The notes: generated from the sequence alone by a model not told the origin. A stretch of 64,000 nucleotides of DNA from an uncultured Atopobium sp. (GCA_963509815.1 CAUPCM010000005.1:149-64148), one strand, 5' to 3'; numbered from the stretch's first letter, positions 50,945 to 59,618 are shown. Numbers and translations: made by a program.

Positions 50945-51033
50945 TTGATCCTTCTCCTTCGTTAATGATGAAACTGCGTGTCTGGTTCATCTACACCCGT
51001 GGCGCAGATGCCTTGACGCCAGAGCCCTGAGTC

Positions 51034-51219
51034 CTACCAGCTTGCCTTGCGGACACCAGGAAGCTCGCCCTTGCTCGCTAGCTCACGGAAGCACACACGG
51101 CACAGACCAAACTTGCGATAAACGGAGTGGGGACGTCCACAACGCTGGCAACGGTTCTGTGTGCGCGTAGAGTACTTCGGCTCACGCGAGGCTTTGACGA
51201 TCATCGAAGTCTTAGCCAC
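51034..51219 (-). CDS. rpsZ: 30S ribosomal protein S14, type Z (zinc-ribbon form)
   Basis: (V)[60 protein letters not shown], 61 aa. GTG start at 51219 with AAGGAGG upstream; the track ORF extends to 51270. Confidence 0.93.
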   Translation of the reverse strand: MAKTSMIVKASREPKYSTRTQNRCQRCGRPHSVYRKFGLCRVCFRELASKGELPGVRKASW

Positions 51220-51344
51220 AAATCCTCCTTCAAAATGCAACTTGGCGAACGCCAAGATGACTTCAAACAATAGTGCTGGTGACGTTTGTCACCCGGCATC
51301 GAAGATGCCAACAGGAATGCGCTTAATTTAAGCGCAGGTAAAAG

Positions 51345-51905
51345 TTAGTCCTGCTTGAATGGGAAGTGGAAGGCGTCGAGAAGTGCCTTACCCTCCTCGT
51401 TGGTGTTAGCAGTGGTGACAATGGTGATGTCCATACCGCGGGTGTGGTCCATCTTGTCAAAGTCAATCTCTGGGAAGATGAGCTGCTCGGTTACGCCCAT
51501 GGAGAAGTTACCACGGCCGTCGAAGCTCTTAGCAGAGATACCACGGAAGTCGCGGATACGAGGAATTGCAACTGCGATCAGACGATCCAGGAACTCCCAC
51601 ATACGATCGCCACGAAGGGTAACTTTAGCGCCGATTGGCATACCCTGGCGAAGCTTAAAGGTTGCGATAGACTTGCGAGCGTGTGTAACAAGTGGCTGCT
51701 GACCAGTAATGGTACGGAGGTCGTTTACAGCGCCGTCAATTGCCTTAGCGTCTGTAGCTGCCTCGCCAACACCCATGTTGACAACGATCTTCTCAAACTT
51801 AGGAATCTGGTTAACGTTGGTGTAACCAAATTTCTCCTTCAGAGCATCACGCACGGATGCGTAGTAAAGCTCTTTAAGGCGAGGTGTGTACTTCTCGTCT
51901 GCCAT
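51345..51905 (-). CDS. rplE: 50S ribosomal protein L5
   Basis: [42 protein letters not shown]. Confidence 0.97.
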   Translation of the reverse strand: MADEKYTPRLKELYYASVRDALKEKFGYTNVNQIPKFEKIVVNMGVGEAATDAKAIDGAVNDLRTITGQQPLVTHARKSIATFKLRQGMPIGAKVTLRGDRMWEFLDRLIAVAIPRIRDFRGISAKSFDGRGNFSMGVTEQLIFPEIDFDKMDHTRGMDITIVTTANTNEEGKALLDAFHFPFKQD

Positions 51906-52125
51906 GGTTTCTCCTTAACTCTTGGGGTTTTAAGTGCGGGGATCGCCTCGCACCTCCTAGTTTGGCGAACTAGGAGCCATCTGCATCCTCGAGACATACG
52001 TGTCCCATAGAAAGACGCAATGAACAATATTAGACCTTATTGAGCAAAAATGGGACGAGAATTTAAAGCTAGCTGATATTTTTTCATGTCATCACACGAC
52101 TTACACAACACCGCACTTCTCGCCC

Positions 52126-52162
52126 AAAAAGAAAACCCCGCTATCTGACGATAACGGGGTTT
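52126..52162 (-). terminator. strong intrinsic-terminator hairpin between rplX and rplE
   Basis: On the minus strand: aaaccccgtta-tcgtcaga-tagcggggttt followed by tcttttt, 46 nt after the rplX stop. Confidence 0.7.
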
Positions 52163-52207
52163 GAAGTAGCTCTTAGATGTTTCTACAAAGCGAGAAACAC
52201 GGGTAAC

Positions 52208-52525
52208 TTAGAGCTCAGCGCCTGACTTCTTGGAGACGCGGACCTTAGTGCCGTCCTCCTTGATCAGGTAGCCAACACGGGTTGGCTTGTCGGTCTTAGG
52301 GTCGATAAGAGCAACATTGGAAGCGTCGATTGCTGCCTCTGCCTCAACGATGCCACCCTGCTGGTTAGCTGCGTTAGGCTTGACATGGCGCTTTGCAATT
52401 GCAACGCCCTCAACGACAACCTTGTTCTTCTCTGGATATACGCGAAGTACCTCGCCGCGCTTACCCTTGTCCTTACCAGTGAGGACCTCGACCTTGTCGC
52501 CCTTCTTGATCTTCATCTTAGGCAT
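52208..52525 (-). CDS. rplX: 50S ribosomal protein L24
   Basis: [36 protein letters not shown] lies upstream. Confidence 0.96.
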   Translation of the reverse strand: MPKMKIKKGDKVEVLTGKDKGKRGEVLRVYPEKNKVVVEGVAIAKRHVKPNAANQQGGIVEAEAAIDASNVALIDPKTDKPTRVGYLIKEDGTKVRVSKKSGAEL

Positions 52526-52536
52526 GTCGTTCCTCC

Positions 52537-52905
52537 TTAAAGGGTCTCAGGTGCAAGTGAGACAATCTTCATGTACTTGTGGTCGCGCAGCTCGCGAGCG
52601 ACTGGTCCAAAGATACGAGTACCCTTGGGCTCACCCTCTTTGTTAACAAGAACGCATGCGTTCTGGTCAAAGCGGATGTAGCTACCGTCCTTGCGACGGG
52701 TGTCCTTAGCGGTACGAACGATGACGCAGCGAACAATGTCGCCCTTCTTCACCGAACCACCTGGAGTAGCCTCCTGGACAGCGCCAATGATGACGTCGGC
52801 AAGGCCGGCGTAACGACGCTTGGAGCCACCAAGGACCTTGACGCACTTTACGCGCCTTGCGCCGCTGTTGTCAGCGACGTTGAGAATGGTCTCCATCTGA
52901 ATCAT
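52537..52905 (-). CDS. rplN: 50S ribosomal protein L14
   Basis: [27 protein letters not shown]. Confidence 0.97.
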   Translation of the reverse strand: MIQMETILNVADNSGARRVKCVKVLGGSKRRYAGLADVIIGAVQEATPGGSVKKGDIVRCVIVRTAKDTRRKDGSYIRFDQNACVLVNKEGEPKGTRIFGPVARELRDHKYMKIVSLAPETL

Positions 52906-53015
52906 GTGACGTTCCTCCGGAACCTAATTTCTTAGAGGTGCGCGTATTTGCGCACATGAGAAATAATGATAGATACAAAACTAGGTTGAGCTAAAAGCTG
53001 TTTCCTAGGTGCTAA

Positions 53016-53282
53016 TTACTTAGCGCGCTCAACGATCTCTGCGAGACGCCAACGCTTGGTCTTGGAAAGAGGACGAGTCTCCATGACGCGGACGGTATCG
53101 CCCAGACCAGCCTCGTTGTTCTCATCGTGAACGTGAAGCTTCTTGCCGATGGTCATCATCTTGCCATACTTAGGGTGGTGCTTACGGTAAGTGATCTCTA
53201 CCGTAATCGTCTTCTCGCCAGAGATGGAGACGACGAGTCCGGTACGAACCTTACGCGCATTTCTGCTTTCGGTCTCTGCCAT
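53016..53282 (-). CDS. rpsQ: 30S ribosomal protein S17
   Basis: [31 protein letters not shown]. Confidence 0.96.
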   Translation of the reverse strand: MAETESRNARKVRTGLVVSISGEKTITVEITYRKHHPKYGKMMTIGKKLHVHDENNEAGLGDTVRVMETRPLSKTKRWRLAEIVERAK

Positions 53283-53299
53283 AACTTATCTCCTGCGAT

Positions 53300-53515
53300 C
53301 TAGTTCTGCTCTGCGGATGCTTCCGCAGCAATTTGACGGGTGCGCATCTCGGTCTGAACGCGAGCAATGTCACGCTTAACAGCCTTGACGCGAGCGGTGT
53401 TGTCCAGCTGGCTGGTTGCCATCTGGAAACGAAGATTAAAGAGCTCTGCGCGGCCTTCCTCGAGTTTCTTAGCGAGGTCTGCATCGCTCATAGCCTTGAT
53501 TTCGGTGTACTTCAT
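53300..53515 (-). CDS. rpmC: 50S ribosomal protein L29
   Basis: LEEGRAELFNLRFQMATSQLDNTARVKAVKRDIARV. Confidence 0.95.
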   Translation of the reverse strand: MKYTEIKAMSDADLAKKLEEGRAELFNLRFQMATSQLDNTARVKAVKRDIARVQTEMRTRQIAAEASAEQN

Positions 53516-53940
53516 TAGTTCTCACCGTCCTGATCGGCCTTGGAGACAATCTTGGTCTTGATTGGAAGCTTGTGCTGAGCAAGACGGAGAGCCTCACGAG
53601 CAACTTCCTCTGGTACGCCATCAATCTCAAACATGATACGACCAGGCTTAACAACTGCTACCCACTCTTCTGGGTTACCCTTACCGGAACCCATGCGAGT
53701 CTCTGCAGGCTTCTTAGTGATTGGCTTATCTGGGAAGATAGTAATCCAAACCTTACCGCCACGCTTCATCTCACGGGTGAGAGCAATACGAGCAGCCTCA
53801 ATCTGGCGGTTAGTAATCCAGTGAGCCTCCTCTGCACGGATGCCCCAGGAACCAAAATGCAGCTGGGTATTACCCTTTGCCTGGCCCTTCATGGAACCGC
53901 GCTGTACCTTACGGTGCAATACACGCTTTGGAGCAAGCAT
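53515..53940 (-). CDS. rplP: 50S ribosomal protein L16
   Basis: [19 protein letters not shown]...[12 protein letters not shown]. Confidence 0.97.
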   Translation of the reverse strand: MLAPKRVLHRKVQRGSMKGQAKGNTQLHFGSWGIRAEEAHWITNRQIEAARIALTREMKRGGKVWITIFPDKPITKKPAETRMGSGKGNPEEWVAVVKPGRIMFEIDGVPEEVAREALRLAQHKLPIKTKIVSKADQDGEN

Positions 53941-54650
53941 TAACGGCCCCTCCTCTCATTGCGAGCACGACGAGGACGAGCGGAGCCCTCAAGAGCTGGA
54001 TTAGGTGTTTGCTGTCCAGGCATCTTCTCGCCGAAGTAAATCCAAACCTTGATACCAACAGCACCCATGGTAGTACGGCCTGTTGCAGTACCATAGCCGA
54101 TTGCAGCACGAAGGGTGTGCAGAGGCACGCGACCCTCACGGTACCACTCACGGCGGCCCATCTCAGCGCCGTTCAGACGACCAGAGCACTGGATACGAAT
54201 ACCCTTAGCGCCAGCCTTACGAGCGGACTGAACAGCCTTACGCATAGCACGACGGAAAGCGACACGCTGCTCGAGCTGCTCTGCGATGGACTGAGCAACG
54301 AGGTTTGCGTCAAGCTCAGGACGCTTAACCTCAACAACATCAACGTTGACCTGACCCTTGCCGACCTTAGCAACACGCTCAAGATCTGCACGGAGGCCGT
54401 CAATCTCTGCACCCTTCTTGCCAATGACAATACCAGGACGTGCGGAGAAAATAGTTACCTTGACCTTATCGCCAGCGCGCTCGATGTCAATGCGAGCAAC
54501 AGCTGCCTTCTCAAGGCGCTTCTCAAGATACTTGCGGATAGCAAGATCGTTGCCGAGCTGCTCGGCGTAGTCCTTATCGGCGTACCAACGAGAACGCCAG
54601 CTCTCGGTTACACCAAGACGGAAGCCTGTAGGCTGTACTTTCTGACCCAT
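53940..54650 (-). CDS. rpsC: 30S ribosomal protein S3
   Basis: [24 protein letters not shown]...[23 protein letters not shown]. Confidence 0.97.
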   Translation of the reverse strand: MGQKVQPTGFRLGVTESWRSRWYADKDYAEQLGNDLAIRKYLEKRLEKAAVARIDIERAGDKVKVTIFSARPGIVIGKKGAEIDGLRADLERVAKVGKGQVNVDVVEVKRPELDANLVAQSIAEQLEQRVAFRRAMRKAVQSARKAGAKGIRIQCSGRLNGAEMGRREWYREGRVPLHTLRAAIGYGTATGRTTMGAVGIKVWIYFGEKMPGQQTPNPALEGSARPRRARNERRGR

Positions 54651-54652
54651 TC

Positions 54653-55015
54653 CTACGCCTCCTTTCGAGGTGCAACGACAACGGTAATGTGGCTCATGCG
54701 CTTGTTAATGCGGGAAGCCGAACCCTTTGCACGAGGGCGAATACGCTTAAGCGTTGGGCCTTCGTCAACAAAAGCGGTCTTGACTACCAGGTTGTTAGCG
54801 CGGAGACCATTGTTGTTCTCGGCGTTAGCAACTGCGGAGCGCAGAACCTTAGCAACATCAGTAGCGGCAGCGCGAGTCGAGAACTGAAGAACCTCAAGGG
54901 CCTTCTCGACAGACTTACCGCGGACAAGCGCGACAACTGCGCGAGCCTTACGAGGAGCAACGCGAACATACTTAGCTGTTGCGCGAACCTCAATAGAATC
55001 GGTGTTCTTAGCCAT
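54653..55015 (-). CDS. rplV: 50S ribosomal protein L22
   Basis: [29 protein letters not shown]. Confidence 0.96.
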   Translation of the reverse strand: MAKNTDSIEVRATAKYVRVAPRKARAVVALVRGKSVEKALEVLQFSTRAAATDVAKVLRSAVANAENNNGLRANNLVVKTAFVDEGPTLKRIRPRAKGSASRINKRMSHITVVVAPRKEA

Positions 55016-55029
55016 TTACTACACTCCCC

Positions 55030-55290
55030 CTATTTGGCCTTGTGACCGCGGAAGGTACGGGATGGGGAGAACTCGCCCAACTTGTGACCAACCATGGACT
55101 CGGTGACGTACACAGGTACATGCTTACGACCATCGTGAACAGCGATGGTGTGACCGACCATCTCAGGGAAGATGGTTGAGGAACGTGACCAAGTCTTGAT
55201 AACGTCCTTCTTGCCAGCCTCGTTCATTGCAGCGACACGCGCAAGGAGGCGAGTCTCCACAAAGGGGCCTTTTTTGAGACTTCTGCTCAT
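55030..55290 (-). CDS. rpsS: 30S ribosomal protein S19
   Basis: [16 protein letters not shown]...[19 protein letters not shown]. Confidence 0.97.
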   Translation of the reverse strand: MSRSLKKGPFVETRLLARVAAMNEAGKKDVIKTWSRSSTIFPEMVGHTIAVHDGRKHVPVYVTESMVGHKLGEFSPSRTFRGHKAK

Positions 55291-55311
55291 TTATCTACTC
55301 CTACTCGTGTC

Positions 55312-56148
55312 TTACTTGGACTTACGACGGCGAATGATCAGGCGGTTAGAAGCCTTCTTCGGGTCGCGGGTCTTATAACCCTTGGTTGGCTTACCCCATG
55401 GGGTGACGGAAGGACGACCAGAAGTGTGGTTCTTACCTTCACCACCGCCGTGTGGGTGATCAACAGGGTTCATGACAGTACCACGGACGGTAGGACGGAC
55501 GCCTGCCCAACGGGAACGACCAGCCTTACCAACAACAATGTTGGAGTGCTCAGCGTTACCAACCTCGCCGATGGTTGCACGGCAGGTCAGAAGAACACGA
55601 CGGAGCTCGGAGGAAGGCATACGCAGAACTGCATAGCCGTTGTCCTTACCCATGAGCTGGACGGAAGTACCAGCAGCACGTGCCATTGCAGCACCCTTGC
55701 CAGGCTGGAACTCAACTGCGTGAACAAGAGTACCTACTGGAATCTGCTCAAGAGTGGTGCAGTTACCAGGCTTGATGTCGATGTCCTTGGTACCAGAAAG
55801 AACGGTGTCACCGACGCTCAGGCCCTCTGGGCAAAGGATGTATGCCTTTGCGCCGTCTGCATAGTGCAGAAGAGCAATACGAGCGGAACGGTTAGGATCG
55901 TACTCAACAGTAGCGACCTTAGCTGGGATGTCATCCTTGCGACGCTTGAAGTCGATACGACGGTACTGGCGCTTGTGGCCACCACCCTGGTGACGGGTAG
56001 TGATGCGACCATTGTTGTTGCGGCCAGCCTTCTTTGGCAGAGGCTCGAGAAGGGACTTCTCGGGCTTATCAGTTGTAATCTCAGCAAAGTCTGAGATTGT
56101 CTGGAAGCGCCTGCCTGCGCTTGTTGGCTTTAGATGCCTAACTGCCAT
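55312..56148 (-). CDS. rplB: 50S ribosomal protein L2
   Basis: [16 protein letters not shown]...[17 protein letters not shown]. Confidence 0.98.
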   Translation of the reverse strand: MAVRHLKPTSAGRRFQTISDFAEITTDKPEKSLLEPLPKKAGRNNNGRITTRHQGGGHKRQYRRIDFKRRKDDIPAKVATVEYDPNRSARIALLHYADGAKAYILCPEGLSVGDTVLSGTKDIDIKPGNCTTLEQIPVGTLVHAVEFQPGKGAAMARAAGTSVQLMGKDNGYAVLRMPSSELRRVLLTCRATIGEVGNAEHSNIVVGKAGRSRWAGVRPTVRGTVMNPVDHPHGGGEGKNHTSGRPSVTPWGKPTKGYKTRDPKKASNRLIIRRRKSK

Positions 56149-56286
56149 AAACAGTATCCCTTTCTTCTCCGTTGGCTAGCCCGCTTAAGGGAAAGTCGAG
56201 CTAACACCGGATTACCACGGTACCGCGCGTATCTACTATGCGCGGCATACGAACCCGTACCTCAAAAGAGGCACGGGAGAAAAACC

Positions 56287-56586
56287 TTACTCAGCAGAGT
56301 TATTACCGAAGATCTCGATAGTCTCACCAGCAGCGAGGGTAACAATAGCCTTCTTCCACTGGCGGGTCTTGCCTGCCTGCTGATAACGTACACGCTTGTT
56401 CTTTGGCTTAACAGAAAGTGTGTTTACCTTGGTGACGTGTACAGAGAAGAGCTTCTCTACAGCTGCAGCAATCTCTTCTTTACCTGCGTTACGAGCAACC
56501 TCAAAAGTGTACTTGCCCTGCTCCATCAGATCGAAAGCACGCTCTGAAACGATAGGACGAATGATGACCTCATAAGGAGAGTTCAT
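56287..56586 (-). CDS. rplW: 50S ribosomal protein L23
   Basis: VIIRPIVSERAFDLMEQGKYTFEVARNAGKEEI. Confidence 0.95.
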   Translation of the reverse strand: MNSPYEVIIRPIVSERAFDLMEQGKYTFEVARNAGKEEIAAAVEKLFSVHVTKVNTLSVKPKNKRVRYQQAGKTRQWKKAIVTLAAGETIEIFGNNSAE

Positions 56587-57212
56587 TATGCGAGCACCTC
56601 CCCAAGCTGCTTAGCGACATCAGCGGACATAACAAGTGCGCCGTTGTCGATCAGGAAACGAGTAGTAACCTCAGAAACACCAAAGATTGAAACCTTAGGA
56701 AGGTTACGGAAAGAGAGGTAAGTGTTGACGTCGTCGTCTGGGACGATGACGGTAACGCGCTTACCCTCAATACCGAGGTTCTGAAGTGCAGCCTTTGCCT
56801 GCTTGGTGGAAGGCTGAGCAAACTCGAGAGAGTCAACGAGGACAAGCTCGGAGTCTGCAACCTTGCCGGAGAGGACGGACCTCATAGCAAGCTTGACCAT
56901 CTTGTTGTTAATACGACGTGCGTGGGAACGAGGGGTAGGTCCAAAGATGACGCCACCACCAGTCCACTGACCAGCACGAATAGAACCCTGGCGAGCACGA
57001 CCAGTACCCTTCTGACGGTAAGGCTTAACGCCACCGCCGGATACCTCGTGACGGTTCTTTGTAGAGTGGGTACCCTGACGTGCGGATGCGTCCTGGCAGA
57101 CTACAACCTGGTGCACAACAGGGATGTTTGGCTCAATGCCATAGACGTCAGAGGAGAGCTCGGCGTCGCCGACCTTCTTTCCCTCTACGTTCTTAATCTC
57201 ATACTTGGACAT
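56586..57212 (-). CDS. rplD: 50S ribosomal protein L4
   Basis: VHQVVVCQDASARQGTHSTKNRHEVSGGGVKPYRQKGTGRARQGS. Confidence 0.97.
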   Translation of the reverse strand: MSKYEIKNVEGKKVGDAELSSDVYGIEPNIPVVHQVVVCQDASARQGTHSTKNRHEVSGGGVKPYRQKGTGRARQGSIRAGQWTGGGVIFGPTPRSHARRINNKMVKLAMRSVLSGKVADSELVLVDSLEFAQPSTKQAKAALQNLGIEGKRVTVIVPDDDVNTYLSFRNLPKVSIFGVSEVTTRFLIDNGALVMSADVAKQLGEVLA

Positions 57213-57251
57213 GTTGTCTCCTTGTTAGCCTAAGTGTTTGCCTAAAGGCCC

Positions 57252-57872
57252 TTAGGCCATGCGGACCTGGACGAGGGCATTCTTGCCGCCAGGAACAGCA
57301 CCCTTGATAAGCATGAGGTTCTGCTCAGCATCAACGCGGACAAGCTTAAGGTTCTTGACCGTAACGCGCTCTGCGCCCATGTGACCATACATGTGAAGGC
57401 CCTTACGAACGCGTGCAGGGTATGCGCACTGACCAATGGAACCTGGACGACGCTGGTTACGAGAACCGTGAGTCATTGGACCGCGAGAGAAGTTCCAGCG
57501 CTTAACGGTACCCTGGAAACCCTTACCCTTAGAAGTGCCTGTTACGTCAACAGCGGTGACCTCGGAGAAGTCAGCAACTGTGACAACATCGCCGGTCTTG
57601 TGCTCAGAAGCATCCTCAACGCGGACCTCGCGGAGGTAACGCATTGGCTCGACGCCCTGTGCCTTGAAGTGACCAGCCATTGGCTTGTTGACATGCTTCT
57701 CAGAGATGTCGCCGAAGCCAATCTGTACGGCATTGTAGCCGTCCGTCTCAACAGTCTTTACCTGTGAAACGGTGCAGGGGCCAGCAAGAACGACGGTAAC
57801 AGGAACGACGTTGTCGTTCTCGTCCCATACCTGGGTCATGCCCAGCTTGCGGCCGAGGATGGTATTAACCAT
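57252..57872 (-). CDS. rplC: 50S ribosomal protein L3
   Basis: MVNTILGRKLGMTQVWDENDNVVPVTVV...KGKGFQG. The ATG at 57872 has an AGGAAAGAG RBS; the track ORF extends to 57941. Confidence 0.96.
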   Translation of the reverse strand: MVNTILGRKLGMTQVWDENDNVVPVTVVLAGPCTVSQVKTVETDGYNAVQIGFGDISEKHVNKPMAGHFKAQGVEPMRYLREVRVEDASEHKTGDVVTVADFSEVTAVDVTGTSKGKGFQGTVKRWNFSRGPMTHGSRNQRRPGSIGQCAYPARVRKGLHMYGHMGAERVTVKNLKLVRVDAEQNLMLIKGAVPGGKNALVQVRMA

Positions 57873-58078
57873 GCTCTTTCCTAACCTTCGGTGGTCATGG
57901 GACCTTGAGAGCACATCGGGTACTCTTCCCCAGCGGACCACGTCCTGTACATACTGCCTTTAGACATAATTGTCCTGTTTGAGCAGCCCGTCTACTTTAC
58001 ACTCATTTTTGACAAGAAACAAGCCTAAAATCTCTAAAAGATGAACGCTTTGTGAAGAGCGTTTGATACCTTCTAGCT

Positions 58079-58098
58079 GCGAGATCTTTCTTCTCGCC
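58079..58098. repeat. GCGAGA-N7-TCTCGC(C) hairpin (GGCGAGAA family)
   Basis: gcgagatctttcttctcgcc. The TTCTCGCC at 58091-58098 can also pair with GGCGAGAA at 58139-58146. Confidence 0.65.
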
Positions 58099-58136
58099 TA
58101 TTTTGCGAGGTCAAACCGCTGACCCGGGCGTATCCA

Positions 58137-58150
58137 TTGGCGAGAAACCC
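58137..58150. repeat. left arm of the perfect 14-bp inverted repeat flanking the phosphatase gene (TTGGCGAGAAACCC)
   Basis: ttggcgagaaaccc at 58137-58150. Its exact reverse complement gggtttctcgccaa lies at 58870-58883. Confidence 0.85.
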
Positions 58151-58288
58151 TAATAATTTTGAAAGATTTTTCTGAAAAAATTTGTCGGAACAATCCGCGG
58201 AAACGACTCTGCCAAAATCAGGATGCCAAGATTACTTTGCAAAACTAAGCACCTAACGCTAAGTAAAATGGTAACTAAGCAACTAAAA

Positions 58289-58825
58289 CTAGGCAGCTAT
58301 AAGTTTCTTGAACAATGCTTCACAACCCTCAGTGACATCCTCATACGTCAGGTCAAAATTGCCCGAATACCACGGATCCGCGATATCGCGAGGCTTCTCT
58401 GTCCAGTCAAGAAGCAACAAAACCTTTCCAAGCGGATCATCCTTAAGCATACGCATCATGTTGCGCAGGTTGTTGTGATCCATACCAATGAGGTAATCAA
58501 ACTCCTCATAATCTGCGCGAGTCATCTGCCTGGCGCGATGATTGCCGCAATAGATCCCCTCTTGCTGCAGTTTTCTACGCGTGCGAGGGTCCACAGGATT
58601 GCCGATCTCTTCTGTGGATGTTGCGGCTGAGTCAATGAAGAATGAATCTGCCAGACCGTTTTTCTCGACAAGGTCTTGCATGACATATTGCGCCATTGTT
58701 GACCTGCAAATATTTCCGTGACACACAAAGAGGATCTTGGTCACGTGGGAGTTCTCCGGGCGGCCGGTGTTCATCTGGTTGCTTATATTCAGCTGGCTAC
58801 TTGCGTTCTGCTGGTTATGCTTCAT
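58289..58825 (-). CDS. low-molecular-weight protein tyrosine phosphatase (LMW-PTP)
   Basis: P-loop ILFVCHGNICRST (CxGNxCRS) and Asp-loop DIADPWY. The ATG at 58825 has AGGAGAAAAG upstream; the track ORF extends to 58933. The gene sits between rpsJ and rplC. Confidence 0.88.
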   Translation of the reverse strand: MKHNQQNASSQLNISNQMNTGRPENSHVTKILFVCHGNICRSTMAQYVMQDLVEKNGLADSFFIDSAATSTEEIGNPVDPRTRRKLQQEGIYCGNHRARQMTRADYEEFDYLIGMDHNNLRNMMRMLKDDPLGKVLLLLDWTEKPRDIADPWYSGNFDLTYEDVTEGCEALFKKLIAA

Positions 58826-58869
58826 CTTTTCTCCTGCGCTTTGTGCGAGTATTTGCTTTCTAATTCTAC

Positions 58870-58883
58870 GGGTTTCTCGCCAA
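58870..58883. repeat. right arm of the 14-bp inverted repeat flanking the phosphatase gene
   Basis: gggtttctcgccaa, 45 nt upstream of the proposed phosphatase start. Confidence 0.85.
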
Positions 58884-58936
58884 GTGCAGGTGCGGGCATT
58901 CAGCTCTTTCATCACGCTGAATTTATCGCTCACCTA

Positions 58937-59128
58937 ATCCAAAACCTGCGCAGTTATGTGTGTGATACTGGCTATTGTAGATTTTTGGAGCTCGATTAAT
59001 CCAAAAGCGCATTAATTATGTGTCGAGAAACCCGATTTTGATCCAAAACCCACCTAATTATGTGCCTTTCCGCACATAATTGCCTCACTTTTGGATTAGG
59101 CGGACACATAATTACCCAGGTTTTGGAT
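58937..59128. repeat. array of five copies of the bipartite motif ATCCAAAA-N9-TTATGTG (three direct, then two inverted)
   Basis: Forward copies lie at 58937-58960, 58999-59022 and 59041-59064. Inverted copies (CACATAA-N9-TTTTGGAT) lie at 59073-59096 and 59105-59128. Both boxes are perfect in all five copies and the spacer is always 9 nt. Confidence 0.9.
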
Positions 59129-59250
59129 CAATCGACCCTGAAAAATCTACGAAGTGGCGCCACGCAGGCGGGCGCGGGTCTATGCGAGACCTCGCGAACT
59201 TACGCGGTCCTTCGCACGTGATTCGTGCATGCTTCTATGTCCATCCACGC

Positions 59251-59286
59251 AAAAACCCTCCCACGCGGAGATGCGCAGGAGGGTTT
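59251..59286 (-). terminator. intrinsic terminator immediately after rpsJ
   Basis: On the minus strand: aaaccctcc-(16-nt loop)-ggagggttt followed by ttgcg, starting 24 nt after the rpsJ stop. Confidence 0.65.
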
Positions 59287-59309
59287 GCACGTTGGATTAA
59301 GCCGTATGC

Positions 59310-59618
59310 TTAGAGCTTGATCTCGATATCGACACCAGCTGGAAGGTCGAGACGCATAAGCGAATCAACGGTAGAAGCGCTTGGGTCGAGAATATCGATG
59401 AGACGCTTGTGAGTGCGCATCTCGAACTGATCACGGGAATCCTTATCCTTGTGTGGTGAGCGGATAACGGTGTAAAGGTTGCGCTCGGTTGGCAGAGGGA
59501 TAGGACCGGAAACACGCGCACCTGTCTTCTGTGCGGTGTCAACAATCAGCTTAGCGGACTGATCAATGACCTCGTGATCATAGCCCTTGAGGCGAATCCT
59601 GATCTTCTGGCTTGACAC
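59310..59618 (-). CDS. rpsJ: 30S ribosomal protein S10
   Basis: (V)[44 protein letters not shown]... The GTG at 59618 has GGAGGT 7 nt upstream and gives the canonical 102 aa; the track ORF starts at 59633. Confidence 0.95.
   Translation of the reverse strand: MSSQKIRIRLKGYDHEVIDQSAKLIVDTAQKTGARVSGPIPLPTERNLYTVIRSPHKDKDSRDQFEMRTHKRLIDILDPSASTVDSLMRLDLPAGVDIEIKL

Noticed and set aside
58826-58933. N-terminal extension of the phosphatase ORF (the 214-aa version in the ORF track).
   Set aside because: The strong RBS (AGGAGAAAAG) precedes the internal ATG at 58825. The extension has no LMW-PTP counterpart and contains the 14-bp inverted-repeat arm, so I treat it as 5' UTR.
58954-59111. TTATGTG/CACATAA boxes as possible DnaA boxes, implying an origin of replication.
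   Set aside because: The DnaA-box consensus TTATCCACA (complement TGTGGATAA) does not match TTATGTG(T/C). There is no dnaA or dnaN gene and no AT-rich unwinding element in a suitable arrangement. The location is inside a ribosomal operon.
58937-59128. The five-repeat array as a possible CRISPR array.
   Set aside because: The repeats occur in both orientations. The gaps between them are unequal (38, 18, 8 and 8 nt). The conserved part is bipartite with a variable internal spacer, and no cas genes or leader are present.
59080-59313. 77-aa + strand ORF in the GC-rich stretch downstream of rpsJ, considered also as a possible tuf remnant.
   Set aside because: There is no RBS, the product is Arg/Gly/Pro-rich and looks like nonsense, and no reading frame on either strand resembles EF-Tu. 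The region is better described as stacked short hairpins plus the rpsJ terminator.
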